A stretch of 64,000 bases of DNA from Iphione sp. A-MEVVRFRX5 (GCA_976226885.1 OZ320316.1:76942001-77006000); one strand, 5' to 3'; positions 37,801 through 52,800 are shown, counted from the stretch's first letter. Notes: generated from the letters alone by a model not told the origin. Translations and numbers: made by a program.

Positions 37801-40800
37801 CTGTAATATTTTGTAAGTGTTAAAAATAATATTGTAGACCCAACATATTCCACTTACAGTAAGACGAATCAAGACAATTTGAGGTCTTTTTACCCTTGCC
37901 GTTGTCTCCACTAAAACATATCAGCCATGATCTAAATGTGAGAAAATTCACATTAAGCGAACGAATTTCTCTCATCTGGAAACACCGAATATGGCTCTTC
38001 TAAATGTTAAAAAAATAATCGGCTTCATTTCAATGGAGACAATGACATTACAATGCACGTAACTATAATTCAATTTTGGCGTTGTGTAACATAACAGTCA
38101 GTCAAAATGTAATGCATTATGAATTCCGTTTCGTATAGGTAGTTTTAATGTGAGTGCGACTGTTTTTGAATGTTCAGGATTTAATGATTCACCAGGTCTC
38201 TTTGGGATTATTCATGCATAACAATCAAAATTTTTGCCACTTCAATCGGGCATGCTGATTATATCAGGGGTGATTCATTTAGTAAATCTTCATGCTTATG
38301 AACAATGTCAGGCTATCCACAATTCAAGAATCTAACACATTGGAGGGCTTAGGCAAACTCAATTCTAAGAATCTACAAAAAAGCATTCTACTAAAAGCTC
38401 TAATCTTTACTAAGGGTGCGACTTGGTTTTCTCCTTTTTGTTTAAAACTTCATATATATCTAAATGCGTATACTGGTACATGCATAATATCCACCCTACA
38501 GAATAACTATGACAGGTATTTCAGTTTGATATTGTGAAACGATTAGGAGAAGACCACACGCGACCGCGACCAAATATACATGAATTACCTATAACTAAAA
38601 TCAATAGATGAAACCAACAAATAAACATTTTGTACAGGTCAACACAAAGGTAGCGCCAGGTGTGCACCCAACAGCTAACTTCATGAACCAATCACAGAAC
38701 CGAGACACTTCGCCTGGCATGCCGTGTTCTTTGATAGGAGAAACATTGGTAACCTCGGGCAGCAGGGTGACTAACCCATGCCCGATGTGACCGACAGGAC
38801 GCACACAAAATAAGAAAAGGGGCCAAACACACGTAGGAAAATGGCCACCTTAACATCTACAGCAAGCAGCCGGCGTAGGCACGTGGATCGTACAGAGTGG
38901 ACGGTGTTAGCTGGGTTAACAGGTCCTAGCCTCTTATGAGATTATTGGTTTTCGCTGAGCTCCTCACTGCCTTAGGATTCTACCCCCATCTGCTCACTGG
39001 CTCTAGGAGAGGGACGATATCTTAAAAGGAGTAGGGGAGCATAACTTGTGGTAGGAGCCGGTCGTTACCTGGCGTGCTCTTTCTCTTTCTGGACTGGTGG
39101 CCGGACTCGGCTTCTGACCAACCACAAAGGCCACGTCGGCTTCTGGCCGCACACTCCCGACTTGGAATGATACGCCTTCTTGTGGGCCCACTTCTACACT
39201 ATCAATGACTGTCCCTGCAACCTCGTGGGCAGCAGGCAGAGCCTGGGCCGGCGACATACTGTCGATGGATTTGGCCAGGGTGCTGTCACTAGACTGTGGT
39301 GTAGTGAAACCGACGGAGATATCCTTGGTGACGTCCATCTGTTGCTCAAGTCCAGCAGTTTGAGGTAGTGGAGTCTGGGGCACGAAGGCCCCTCGGACAA
39401 TGTCCGTCTCGACTACCTTTTCGGGCGATACATCGTGTTTTCGAGGAGCCTCAAGAAGACCGGCCGTAATTGCAGCTGCTAGGTCCATTTGTTCTCCAGT
39501 GATTGGGTTGGTGTACAGACCACTTGTAGGGTTATAGTGCCCTAATTCTATAGCATCATTGATGGACAGGCGGTCAGGGATCTGGGGGGTATCATCATTT
39601 GTTTCTCGAATTAAGCCCATATCCCTCGATTGAGATAGTGGTATCATGTCACCAGTACTAGGGTCCTTCATCATACCACTACTTGGTGTAATCAACCCCT
39701 TTTTGATTGCCTCCCTAAGGGATATAAGTCGGCCTGACTCCGGGTCAAAAATCTGAGGAGTGGTGATGTCCAGGAGGCCTTTTGCAATAGCCTCAGCTAT
39801 GGTATACTTTTCACCAGCAGATGGACCCTTGATTGTGCCGGATTTTGGATCAAGGATGCCACTATCAATAGCCTCTGTTAGACTGAGACCCCTTCTTCGA
39901 CTATCTTTCCCCACTGCTCTTCTACGTCTTTCTTTCTCTAACTCGAGATCTTCAGGCTCTTTAATCAAGCCAGTCTCTAATGCCCTGTCTAATGGTATAG
40001 CCTTCTGGGTTATGGGGTCCTGCAAACACCCTGATTCGCTGTCGATAAGACCTACTTGTAGAGCTCCATTAAGGGACAAGACCCTATCTGTTTTAGGATC
40101 TAAGACCTGTGGAATATCCCCATCAAGAACATTTGATTTCACAGCTTCTAATAAAGTCACTTTAGTCCCTGTCCCAGGATCGGTAACACTGCCACTTTTC
40201 ACGTCAAAGCATCCCCTCTGCAGTGCTTCTGATAGTAACAATCCAAGTTCTGATTTTCTTTCTGTTCCCGAAATTTCACCTTTAACCTCTGAGCCAACTA
40301 CTTCCCCTTCCTTTTTATGCTCGTAGGAAAGATCACCTACAACTTCTTCTGTGGGTTGCTCAGGCGCTCCTACACTGCTGACATCTTTTGGTACCTTCTG
40401 TTCTGCAGGCACCTCCTCTAGCAAACCTGCACTGACTGCTTCACTAATACTAGACGTTTGATGTGAGACAGGATCGTTGAATCTGCCCGCTGACAGGTCA
40501 AGATATCCCAGGCCAATTGCCTCTGTGAATGTTAAGCCTGGTTTGCCTTCAACTGTTGCTGCAACGTCTTTACGTTTATCAACATCTACAGACTCTACAC
40601 CGGAAGTGATCTTTTCACCTTGATCTTTAATGTCAGACTCTATATTCCCTTCTACCATGCCTGGTTCACGTGTAGAATCCCTGGAGAATGTACCCTCCTT
40701 CATGTCACTCGGGACTTTCATACTAGGTTCAGCGCTGTGGTCCGATGAAAGGATTTCCTCGGATTTAGGCAGAATTTCTGCAACAGAGGTGTCTGTCTGT

Positions 40801-43800
40801 TCATCGTCAACGAGAACACCTGTCTTAAAATCAATGAGGCCTTGATCGAGGGCGTCTATTAGAGGCATTGATCTCTTCGTCTTCGGATTAGTTACAGTCG
40901 AGTCACCATTCAGCAGGCCATTTATTACAGCATTTGGTATTGAATATTGTTTCCCTGTTTCTGGATCAACTATCATACCCGTGCTTCCGTCCAACAGACC
41001 GAGTTCAATTGCTTTAGCAAGGCTTAGACCTCTGTGTGACTCCACAGGAACAATGTTACCATTTGCCCGCGCTGTGTCCAGGTATAACCTTTTTCCCGTA
41101 GTTGGATCTCTCATTGTTCCCATTCTACCACTGATGACTCCCTTATCAATCGCCTCACGAAGGCCTATCACATCACCACTTGCTGGATCCACAACCTCTG
41201 GCTTAGAACCATCAAGAAGGCCACAGTTAACAGCTTCTTCCACTGTCAGTAACTTTCCGCTTCTCGTATCCTGTATCTTGCCAGACTCCATGTCGTACAA
41301 ATTTTGATCGAGAATATCACAAACCGTAAGACCCGGTTTGACCTGCGCAGCAACAATCATTCCCTTTTTCTGTGCTTTACCAAACGGAATGCCCTGGTCT
41401 GTGACAGGATCTTTCACGAGGCCAGCTGACGAATCTATGAAGTCAGTTCTTAAAGCATCTCTTAGGCTAAGAATATCTCCCGATAAGGGGTCTACAATGG
41501 CGGAGGCAGTCTCCGACAACAAGCCATTAGCTGCAGCCTCAGCAACAGTACACTGCTCTCCCGTCACAGGATGCCGAAGCATTCCTTTTACAGGGTCTAG
41601 TATGCCTTGGTCTAAAGCCTCCTCTAACGTTAAGTTTTGTGCTTTTTCATCCGAACTCGTGTCATTACCACTAGTTTTCTCTTCTGGGGTGGCTGATACC
41701 AAATCAACAGGCCATGACTGAGATGTTTCAGGGATAGAAATTGCAGTACCCTTTATTAAAGCTTCAGCCAGAGTCATATCCTTACCTGTCACTGGATCTG
41801 TGACTTTATTCGTTTTCTTGTCAATTGTACCTTTCGCTATCGCATCATTCAAACTTATCTGTTCGCCCTTTGTGTTATCGATGATACAGGGTGTACTGCC
41901 ATCAAGGAAACCAGATTGGATCGCATCGACCACGCTGATGTCCTTTCCACTCCTAGGGTCTATTATCTGGCCCGTGTTAGGATTGATTAGATCCTTTTCT
42001 ATGACCTCTGTTACAGTTATAGCTGGCTTTATAAATGCTTCCTCAGGGAGTGCCTTTCTAAGCATCTCTATGATGCTGATTTCCTTTCCAGTGTTTGGAT
42101 CGATGATTTGTCCGGTTTCTTCATTGATCAAGCCCAGATGAATGGCCTTATTCAAAGTGATGCCTTCTCCAGTTCTTCCATCATAGAAACACGGTATGCT
42201 ACCATCCACTAGGCCTAATGCAGCTGCTTCAGAAAGATTATGTTCTTTACCAGTCTTAGGATCTCTTACCTTCCCTGTTTTGGGATCTATCAATCCTTCA
42301 GTTAGGCCCATTTTCAGTAAAGTTCCTAGTACAACTTCCTTTCCAGTCACTGGGTCTTGAGCTTTGCCTGTTTCACCATCTATGATGCCTCCCTTGACTG
42401 CCTCATTCAAACTGATTTTATCCCCAGTTCTTCTATCTTGAAAACATGGTACATTACCATCGATAAGACCTAATGCAATTGCTTGAGAGAGACTGTATTC
42501 TTTACCATTCACAGGATCTGTTATCATGCCTGTTATTGGATTTATCAATCCCTTTTCTAATACTTCTGTAATGGTCATGCCTGGTCTCTTGGGCTCTTCT
42601 TCTTCAATGAGGACTTTCTTCACTAATTCAGCTAATGTCACTTCTTTTCCAGTTGTTGGATCTTGACACTTTCCTGTCTCACCATCTACAATGCCTTTCT
42701 TGATTGTCTCATTCAAACTAATTTCATCTCCAGTTCTTCGATCATGAATACAAGGTGCATTACCATCCACAAGGCCTAATGCAATTGCTTGAGAGAGACT
42801 GTATTCTTTACCATTCACAGGATCTGTTATCATGCCTGTTATAGGATTTATCAATCCCTTCTCTAATACTTCTGTAATGGTCATTGCTGGTTTCTTGGGC
42901 TCTTCTTCTTCAACGAGGTCTTCCTTCACTAATTCAGCTAATGTCACTTCTTTTCCAGTTGTTGGGTCTTGATACTTTCCTGCCTCACCATCTACAACGC
43001 CTTTCTTGATTGCCTCATTCACACTGATTTCATCTCCAGTTCTTCTATCATGAATACATGGTGCATTACCATCCACAAGGCCTAATGCAATTGCTTGAGA
43101 GAGACTGTATTCTTTACCATTCACAGGATCAGTTATCATGCCTGTTATAGGATTTATCAATCCCTTCTCTAATACTTCTGTAATGGTCATTACTGGTCTC
43201 TTGGGCTCTTCTTCTTCAATGAGGTCTTCCTTCACTAATTCAGCTAATGTCACTTCTTTTCCAGTTGTTGGGTCTTGACACTTTCCTGTCTCACCATCTA
43301 CAACACCTTTCTTGATTGCCTCATTCAAACTAATTTCATCCTCAGTTCTTCTATCATGAATACATGGCGCACTACCATCCACAAGGCCTAATGCAATTGC
43401 TTGAGAGAGACTGTATTCTTTACCATTCACAGGATCTGTTATCATGCCTGTTATTGGATTTATCAATCCCTTTTCTAATACTTCTGTAATGGTCATGCCT
43501 GGTCTCTTGAGCTCTTCTTCTTCAATGAGGTCTTCCTTCACTAATTCAGCTAATGTCACTTCTTTTCCAGTTGTTGGATCTTGACACTTTCCTGTCTCAC
43601 CATCTACAACACTTTTCTTGATTGCCTCATTCAAACTAATTTCATCTCCAGTTCTTCTATCATGAATACAAGGTGCATTACCATCCACAAGGCCTAATGC
43701 AATTGCTTGAGAGAGACTGTATTCTTTACCATTCACAGGATCTGTTATCATGCCTGTTATAGGATTTATCAATCCCTTCTCTAATACTTCTGTTACAGTC

Positions 43801-46800
43801 ATAAATGGTTTCTTTAGTGACACTGCTTTGACTAAATCCTCCTTTAATAAACCAACTAGTGACACCTCTTTTCCAGTCGTTGGGTCTTGACACTTCCCTG
43901 TCTCTCCATCTATGATTCCTTTTTGGATTGCCTCATTCAAACTGATGTCATCTCCAGATCTTCCATCATGGATGCACGGTTGGTTGCCATCTACCAATCC
44001 TATGTCTAATGATTCTGAAAAGCTGTACTCTTTATTATTTGTTGGGTCTCTAACTCTTCCTGTTTGTACATCCATTAACGCTGCTTCTAACATATGTGTT
44101 ATAGTGAAAGGACGCCTCAATACAGTTTGCCCAATAACTTCTGCTTCTTTATCATCCATATCACTGCTCTTCTGAATTTTCCCTTTTTCTACTTCTTCAT
44201 CAATCCTGGCTTGGCTTTCCTCCTGGGTTGACTCTGGCCATGAAGCTTCATCGGGTTCTTTGATTTTGCTTCCAGGTTCTGGGCCACTAGTAGTTGGGAA
44301 TCGTTGCAACATTGTGTGGACAGGTACCTGGCCTTCTGTAGACATGTCGTATATAAGACCTGTGGCGCCATCCACAATACCAGAGGAAATTGCATCTATG
44401 AGGCTCAGATTTTCTCCAGATGCTGTATAAATTTGGCTTCGTTCTCCATCAACAATACCACGTTCTACTGCTTCTCCCAGACTGTACTGCTTTCCATCTA
44501 CTGGATTGGTCATGAGACATGAGACGGGATCGAAAAGACCTTTTTCCACAGCAGTTGAAAACTCCATTCCTAGTTTCTGTTCAGAGATAGAGCCAGAACT
44601 GATAGCTTCTGTTAGTGGTATTTCTTCAGTGTCCGTTCCTTTTAAGTGTCCAGTATCTGGATCTATTAACCCTGTATCGATGGCCTTCTTAAGACTAACA
44701 TATTGACCAGAGTGTGGATCTGAAATCTGTGGTGCAGTAGAGTCAAGTATACCAAGTTCAATTGCCTTCTTAATGTCGTGCTTTTCACCACTAATTGTAT
44801 CCAGTATCTCCCCCGTCTTTGGGTCCAGAATTCCCTGCTGAAGTGCTTCAACAATGCTTATCCCTGGCAATTCATGAAGGATATGCTTTTCTTTGGCATC
44901 TTGAAGGGTAATCGTATTGCCAGTGCTAGGATCCACAATTTGTCCTGTTGACGGATCGACCAGCCCTTTCCGGAGAGCTTCCACAAGACTAACTCTCTTA
45001 CCTGTTTCAGGATCAACTACCTGTGCAGTTGTACTATCCAGAAGGCCTAGTTCTACAGCATCAAGCAGGGGCAACTTCTTTCCCGTCTGTGGGTCTGTCA
45101 CCAGTCCTGTGGTACTGTCAAATAGACCATCAGTGACTGCTGCCAGCAAGGTGAGTTTCTGAACGGAGCCCTGAGGTTTGGAGATATGGCCGTGACGTTT
45201 AGCTCTAGTGAGCGTCATTGGACCTGTTTCAGGATGGATGAACAGACTTTTGTTTACGTCAAAGAGAGACTCCTTGATTGCTTGATGAATTGATATTCGT
45301 TCTTTGCGAATTGGATGGACAACCTCCTGTAAGGTTGCATTTAAGAGCCCACATTCTACTGCTTCACACAAGGTACAGTCTACACTATTACTCGGATCTG
45401 TGATTTTACCAGCTGATGAGTCATACAGTCCCAGAGTCAACGCATCAACAAGAGACATTCCAAATGGTTCACCTTTCATTTCATATGGTGGGAAACCTTC
45501 CCTACGTTTTGCTTTTTCTGTCAACACAGGCTTCTGTGGCTCTTTGTACCCAAGTGTAAGTTCGGGCCTCTCAAAACCACCTAATCCGACAACGGGAGGT
45601 GTTTTTGCTGGCTTTGTTTCTGCTGGGAATGACCCGTCCTTGTCTTGTGTGCTCACCTGTGTGTCTTCAATTGATAATTTCACGTGTGGCTCCTGTTTTG
45701 ATGCTAGTTCTCGTGCAACCCATCCTAGGACATATCCAAGAGCAACAGCGTGATCCAATGGAATGTGCTCTCCCGACTCAGTTGCTAACAGACCTGTTTG
45801 ACCATCAATCAACCCATCCTCGATGGCCTTTTGAAGTGTCAACGTCTCGCTAGTGGTAGGGTTCTTTATGTTGCTGTTGTCTGCATCAATGATGGCGGGT
45901 ATAGCCTCTTTTAGTGTCAGCTTCTCCTTGGTTGATGGGTTTATGAAGAGTCCAGTGTCTACATCATAGAGACCTCGAGCCAGCGCTTCGTGCAGTGGTA
46001 GAGGTCGGTCAGCTGTTATAATGATCCCCTGTTTTACTGCATCAGCAAATGTGATAGACAGTCCTTCTTCTTTGCCATTATATCTCCCTGTCCTGCCGTC
46101 GATTATTTTCTTGTTGAGTGCTTCTTCGAGAGACATGAGTTTCCCTGTTTTTGGATCTTTCACTGCTGTATTTTCCGTATTGATGACACCTTTTTCCACA
46201 GCACTTTGCACGCTCATTTGCTCCAATGTTACTGGATCTGTCACTATATCCCCGTCTATCAAACCTTCATCTACTAGTACTTGCGGATTCAGACCGCCTT
46301 TGGCAGGTCTCCGTGGGTGAAGGATTTGCTCAGTAGCCGATGGTTTTCTCTCCACAGCCTCCATTATAGGAATTTCGGTCACGTCCTCCTGAGTTATGTC
46401 TTCTTCCTTTGAGAGATCTTCAATGTTCAAGCCCTTCTCTATTAGTAGCTGTACTTGTGTCTCTGTAGCCTCAGAAATAATCAGGCCCTTTTGTAAACAT
46501 TCCAGTAGTGGGATACTCTCTCTGTGCATAAAATCATGGTAATGACCTGTCATGAGGTCGACTATACCTTCATCGATAGCATCAGGCATCCGGACGAACT
46601 CGCCACTTACAGGATGCTTGACTAGCATCTCGGTGGGGTCGATAATGCCTTCTTCAATGGCCTTTTCCAGGTTTATCTCAGGAAGATTGCCGTATGCTGA
46701 TGACACTCTGTGATGAATTTCCATCGTGTTCTTTCGTGACAGCTTTCTTCGCAAAAGCTTACGCTTGTCTTCCTCTGGCTGTGTTCCAGTGACCAGCAAA

Positions 46801-49800
46801 TCTTTCGCAAAGACCTCGCTCATCACAAGCTGACCAGAGTGGCTGGTGTCCTCTAGACTCACAATGCCCTTTTTAATAGCTTGATCAAGGGGCAAAGTTG
46901 TACCAGTGACAACATCTTTAAATTCGCTCAAACTTGCATTAATGAGTCCAATTTCCAAAGCATCTTTTAACGGCATCTTCTGGCGAGTTGTTGGGTTCTT
47001 TATGATACCTGTGCTTGGGTCAAACAATTTCGCCGCTTTTGCCTCTTCCACGCTCCTTGTCTTATCCTTGTCTGTTAGAAGGACCAAACTCCTGTCAATT
47101 GCATCTGGTAAAGTAATGCTTTCAGGTGACATGCCACAATACCTTCCCGTTTGAGAGTCGATCAATCCGCTCTCTAAAGCTTGATGCAAAGGTACAAGCG
47201 AACCATCCTCCATGTCTTTTACAACAACAGAATCTGGCTTAAGAATGTTTCTTCTGATAGCTTCAGCTAAGCTATAGTCTTTTCCATTTAGTGGATCTCT
47301 TATTGATCCTGTCTTCACAATGAAGTGCCCTGACTGAAGTAGTTCATGGAAAGTCTGAGATTTTCTAGTTTTGCGCGGCATTTCCTCCAAGTCACTCTCA
47401 GGCCTAGAGGCTGCCACATGCTCTGGTGTGCCCATCTCTTCAACTCGTTCGGGATCTCTGACTGCTGCTTGACGACTATCTTGCAAAAATATTCCGTCGC
47501 CGTAATTTTCAATGGTTTGAGATACATCTTCTTTGATTGTTACAGGTGCAACATCTACTTCATCCTCGTGATGATCAGCTTCCGGCAAAGAATGATCCTT
47601 TGCCACCGCCACAATGTGCGACATTGTCGTGTCAGTAGATGACCTTCCTTTTCTGGCACTATCTTGTTGACGTATTTCATCTGCTTCTTCTTTTGCTACA
47701 AGTTGATACTTTTCTTCCACAGCAGCATGCTTTTCTGTTGATTTCACAAACTCTACTTTCTCAGCTGTTGGCTTCATCGAACCAGATTCTATGTCACCTA
47801 TCAACGTAGGAGTTTCTTCAACCACTCCTGGACTTGACTGGGGCGGTGATTCAACCCCAATAACATACCTGTCTTGGTCAGCAGTTTCTCCTGTCGTCGG
47901 ATCTTTCGCTAGTACATGTATTTTTTTCAGACCCGTGTCCGCCTCTATTGTGGTCTCTGAAGCAGGAGCCGCGGGTTCTTTTTCAACATGTGCATCTTTT
48001 TCAGGCAACAATCCCGTTACAAGGGCTTCGGGAAGATCCACTAATTGGCCGGTTGATGGATTTTTAATCTGTCCAGAAATGGAGTCGATGAAACCCTCTG
48101 CTAAAGCTTCATCAACTGTTAATTTCCTATTGGAAGCAGGATCGACAACTAGTACGCTATCCTTATCAATGAGTCCAAAATTGATCCCCTCGCTCATGGT
48201 CAACTCTTTCCCTGTTGCTGGATGAACAAACCTTTTGGACACGGGATTATACCATCCATCTTCTAGGATCTCTTGTACGCTCCTTGGTTCGTATGTCCCT
48301 TCAATGACAATACCTTTCGTGATACTATCAGTAAATACTCGTTCTTTATCCTGTTCCAGTACTCCAGTATCTCTGGGCAAGATTTGCTCTCTCCTTTCCT
48401 GGTCTTTACCTTCGACTTCCTGTTCCTTTTCTTTGAACACGGGGCCAAGAGCGGCAAGAGAAACTGCTCCCATGCCCTCTCCAACTAATTTTCCTGTCTG
48501 ACTAATATCTTCCAGCAGGCCTTCTGCAAATGCTTCTTCTATGGTGCAGCTTTTACCTGTCAATTTGTCGCAGACCTGTCCTGTCCTTGAGTCTAGGAGT
48601 CCCTTATCAATGGCTTTATCTAACTGGAATTTCTCCCCTGTACTTGTGTTTTTGACAAGGGTACTGCTGTTATCAATTAGTTTACTGTTTAACGCTGCAC
48701 TGATGTTGACTTCATTGCCACTTCTCGGATCAAACACCTTCCCTTGGGCATGGTTGAACAAACCTATCCCTATGACTTGAGACAGACTTAAATTGTCTTT
48801 CTGTTCGATTTCTACTAAACATCCGATCATTTTATCCACAGGAATTAATTGTCCACGTGCGTCACTCATCTTCGCTGTTTTACCATCGATCAAACCTTGC
48901 TGTACGGCGTCTTCTAGTGGTACAAGATGACAATCTTTAGGATCTCGAACAAAGGTGTTATTTGTATCTAACACTCCAGCTGAGATGGCATTTTCAAGTG
49001 TCGTTTGTTGGCCGGACTTTGGATCTGTGATGGTGCCGTTTTCTTTATCAATATAGCCTTGATCAAAAGCTTCTTTTAACGACATGTTACCTGGTGTAAC
49101 AACGATGTCTCTGTTGAGCGCTTCAACTATATCAAGAGGCTGTCCGCTGGAAATTCCATATACTACACCCAAATCAGGATTCAGTAGTCCTGTTCTGGTA
49201 GCTTCTGATGGGCTCATAAGCTTTCCTGTTCTTACGTCCCTGACTTTAAAGGTTGATTCATCGATGATGCCTTTTGTGATAGCCTCCCCTAGCGTTAGTT
49301 GTTCGCCGGATCGCACATCGGTTACCTTTCCAGTTTTAGGATCAAGGAGGCCCTTGTTGACAGCTTTAGTGAGACTCATTTTCATGGCTATGCCTTCACT
49401 TGGCTGCAACTGGAAGATTTCGGTTTTTGAGGTCGGGGTGTATATGGGTTGAATTGGCTTGTCCTGTACTATAGCCCCCAAATCTTCAGACTCAGTCATC
49501 GGTTTTGCAGGTTTATCGGTTACCTGGCCTGCCTTTTCATACTCCTGTAAGCCAGCTGGAAGTATGGGCCGTCTTTCTGGAGTAGTCGCAACTTCTTTAT
49601 CATCCATAGTTTCTTCTGCATATTTTGGCTTTTCGTTCAGCTTTCCTGTTTCTAACACTGCTACATGTCTTTCGGCTGATCCCATCTGTTGTTCTGTAGT
49701 ACTCTCCCTCAATTCCCCTACTCTGCCTTCCTCTTTTACTTCTGCCTTGTCCTTGTCTTCTTCTGGTCTTCCTTTGTACGCTGGGATCATCTCCTCTGTC

Positions 49801-52800
49801 AGTGGCACATATCCTCCGTCAGGACCTTTCACAAGGCCTGTAATTGGATTCAGGGTCCCTATATGAATAGCCGCGTTCACACTGATCACCCTGCCTGTTG
49901 ATGGCTCTATGATTAAACTACTTTCGCCATCGAGTACACCAGAAAAAAGTGCTTCTTTCATAGTTATCTTTCTACCACTGTACAGATCGACGACTTCTCC
50001 AGTTGTTGCGTCAAACACTCCATCACTCAGTGCCTTTTCTAAAGTGAGACCCACTGGAGACACCTGGCGTTTGTCAGAATCTGACAATATGCCTTTGTTT
50101 TTAGCCTCCTCGAAGTTGATCAGTTTTCCTGACTTAGGGTCTATGACTGCACCTTTGTCAACATCAACGATTCCTTTCCTGATGGCATCCGTTAGAGGGA
50201 TAAACTGACCTTCCAGAGGATCTTTTACCAACGTTTTCGTGGGGTCTATCAGCCTTTTCTCAATGGCTTCATTGATCGTTAGTTCTTTCTTCTCGATAGG
50301 GTCAACGATCTTTCCAGTATCTGCACTGTACATCCCTTCATTCAATGCTTGCAGTAATGTTCTTGCTTCACCCTGAGCCGTTTCATCGATGAGAACATCT
50401 CCAGGCGAGACTCGTTCTAGGACTCCTTCTTCAATGGCACCCTCTAGTGATATGACTCTACCAGTACTGGGCTCTCTGATGGTAGATCTGGAGCTATCTA
50501 TTATACCTAGCTGTACAGCTTCTGTAATAGTCAGTTCGGTTCCTGACACGGGGTGAGTGACCTTTCCAGTGTGCGTATCTAGAAGGCCATGCTGTGCTGC
50601 CTGATCTAGAGTCATGTTTGGATGTCTGGAGTTTACTATGAGATTCTTGCTGAGAGCCTTCGTGAGAGTTACTGGTTTTCCTGTCTCACCATCTATCACC
50701 GTCCCTGTTCCTATATCAACGATACCGCTCACTAGAGCATCAGTAAAGGGAATAAAGTCTCCCTCTTTGCCTTTAACAAGTGTTCTGGTGGGATTCAGCA
50801 GGCCCTTTTCAAGGGCTTTAGCTAGTGTGAGCACCTCCTCGGTCCCAGGGTCTGTTATGAGCATGGTTTCCGGATTGTACATTCCGAGTTTCATCATTTC
50901 ATCGAGACTGTAACTTTTGCCCTTTCCGCTGACGTCGATGATATCCAGAAGTCCTGCATTGAGAGCTTCGTGGAAACCGAGACTCTTCCCAGTAGCAGGA
51001 TCTCGTACTTTGCCATTTGTTCCATTTATCAAGTTTTCTCTCACCGCTTCGGCAATAGTGATTTCCGTTCCAGTAGCAGTATCGCGTACCACTGATTTTG
51101 GGTCGAGTAGCCCATTTTCAAGTGCTTCTTTGATAGTGTGCTGTTCCCCTGAAATTGCATCTACAATTTTTCCGGTGGTAGGATTAAAAAGCCCTTGATC
51201 AACAATTTGGTCCAAGGATAGTGTGGGGCGGTGCTTTCTAATATCTTGAGCCGCCTGTGCTGCGTCAACAAGAGAATATTTCTTTCCGGTGTTCCTGTTT
51301 ATGACAGACCCAGAGTCCGTGTCTACTGTGCCACTTTCAACTGCCTCTTTCAATGATACCGGCTCGTGTGTTGCTGGGTCAATTATTTCGGAATTGTCTG
51401 CATCGATTATAGACTTTGATATAGCTTCTGTAATAGACACTACTTCTCCGGTATTTGGGTCTGTAATTTTTCCGGTTTCCGGATCATATAATCCTCGTTC
51501 AATTATGGATGACAGGGATTCTGGCTTCTTCTCGCGTGTTTCTATGATGATTCCCTTCTGTAAGGCAGCAACAAGTGATACATGCTTGCCATCTTTATCC
51601 ATCACAGTTCCTTTATTTTTGTCAATGATGTTCCTCTCGATAGCTTCAGGCAGCGGGAGCATGCCTTCACCCTGTGGGTCTTTAATAGAAACGGACCCAG
51701 CATCTATTACACCAGAAACCATAGCTTCCTCTAGAGACAACGATCTTCCCGATGTTAGATCCTTCACTTGGTTTCCATCAAAAATAAGTCCTTGTTTGAT
51801 GGCCTCCACAAATGTCATGGACAACTGGTTGTCTAGGAACTCCACAACAGGGGTAGACCCGCCAGTCAGTGGATTGACAACATTTCCATATGCTAGGTCG
51901 ACTATCCCACTCTGCATTGCACCCTGAAGTGATATGGTGTCCTCAGTACCGGGGCATCTAATCAGAGTTCTGTTGGGGTCGATGAGGCCCGCACTGATCG
52001 CATCTGTCAGACTGTGGGTGTTGTTGGTCACCGGATCGCTCACCATGCCCGTCTTGGGATCGTACAATCCTTTCTCCATGGCTTCCCGAAGGCTTAGTGC
52101 AGTCTGTTTTTTGGCGGGTTCTGTCGGAGGTTCTAGTATGAGACCATACTTCAGGGCCTCTTCAAGGGATCTGTCATGGCCCGCTAAGCGGTCTTGTACC
52201 CTGCCTGTTTCTTCATCGATCAGCTTCCCCTCAATAGCCTCGATTAGTGGTAGTGCCTCATCTGATTGCGTATCTTTGACCATGACCTTTGCGAGATCAA
52301 TCACGCCGGCGTCTATAGCTTCTCGCAAGGGTAGCAACCGACCGTAGTTGGGGCCTGGCCTGGGATCACGGATCTTTCCCAATTCAATCAGACCTTGGTC
52401 AGCAGCTTGGTTAAGAGACATGCTCTGTTCAAGTGATGTGACTAGAAGGTGCTTCAGAATGGCCTGACCTAGACTGAGAGGTCTACCACTATGCGGATCC
52501 TCCACTGTACCATCTTCGGTATCAATGAGGCAGCTCTCAACAGCATCTTCAATAGTCAGCTCTGCCCCGCTGTGCGGGTCACAAATCCTGGATTTGCTAG
52601 CATCAACTAGTCCCGAATCGATTGCTTCCTGTACTGTCAACTGTTGACCAGAGTCCGGATGGGTGATCTTCCCTGTGTCTGGATTGTAGAGGCCTTGTTG
52701 TACAGCGTCGGTGAGACTTAACCCAATTACTTTGGAAGCAACGAGCGCTAAACCGCCGAGAATAGCCTCTTTGAAGGTTAGTGTGTCACCTTCAGGACTG

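Noticed and set aside
42330-43802. Regularly spaced repeats as a CRISPR array or satellite
   Set aside because: In-frame coding units with no unique spacers, in a eukaryotic spliced gene
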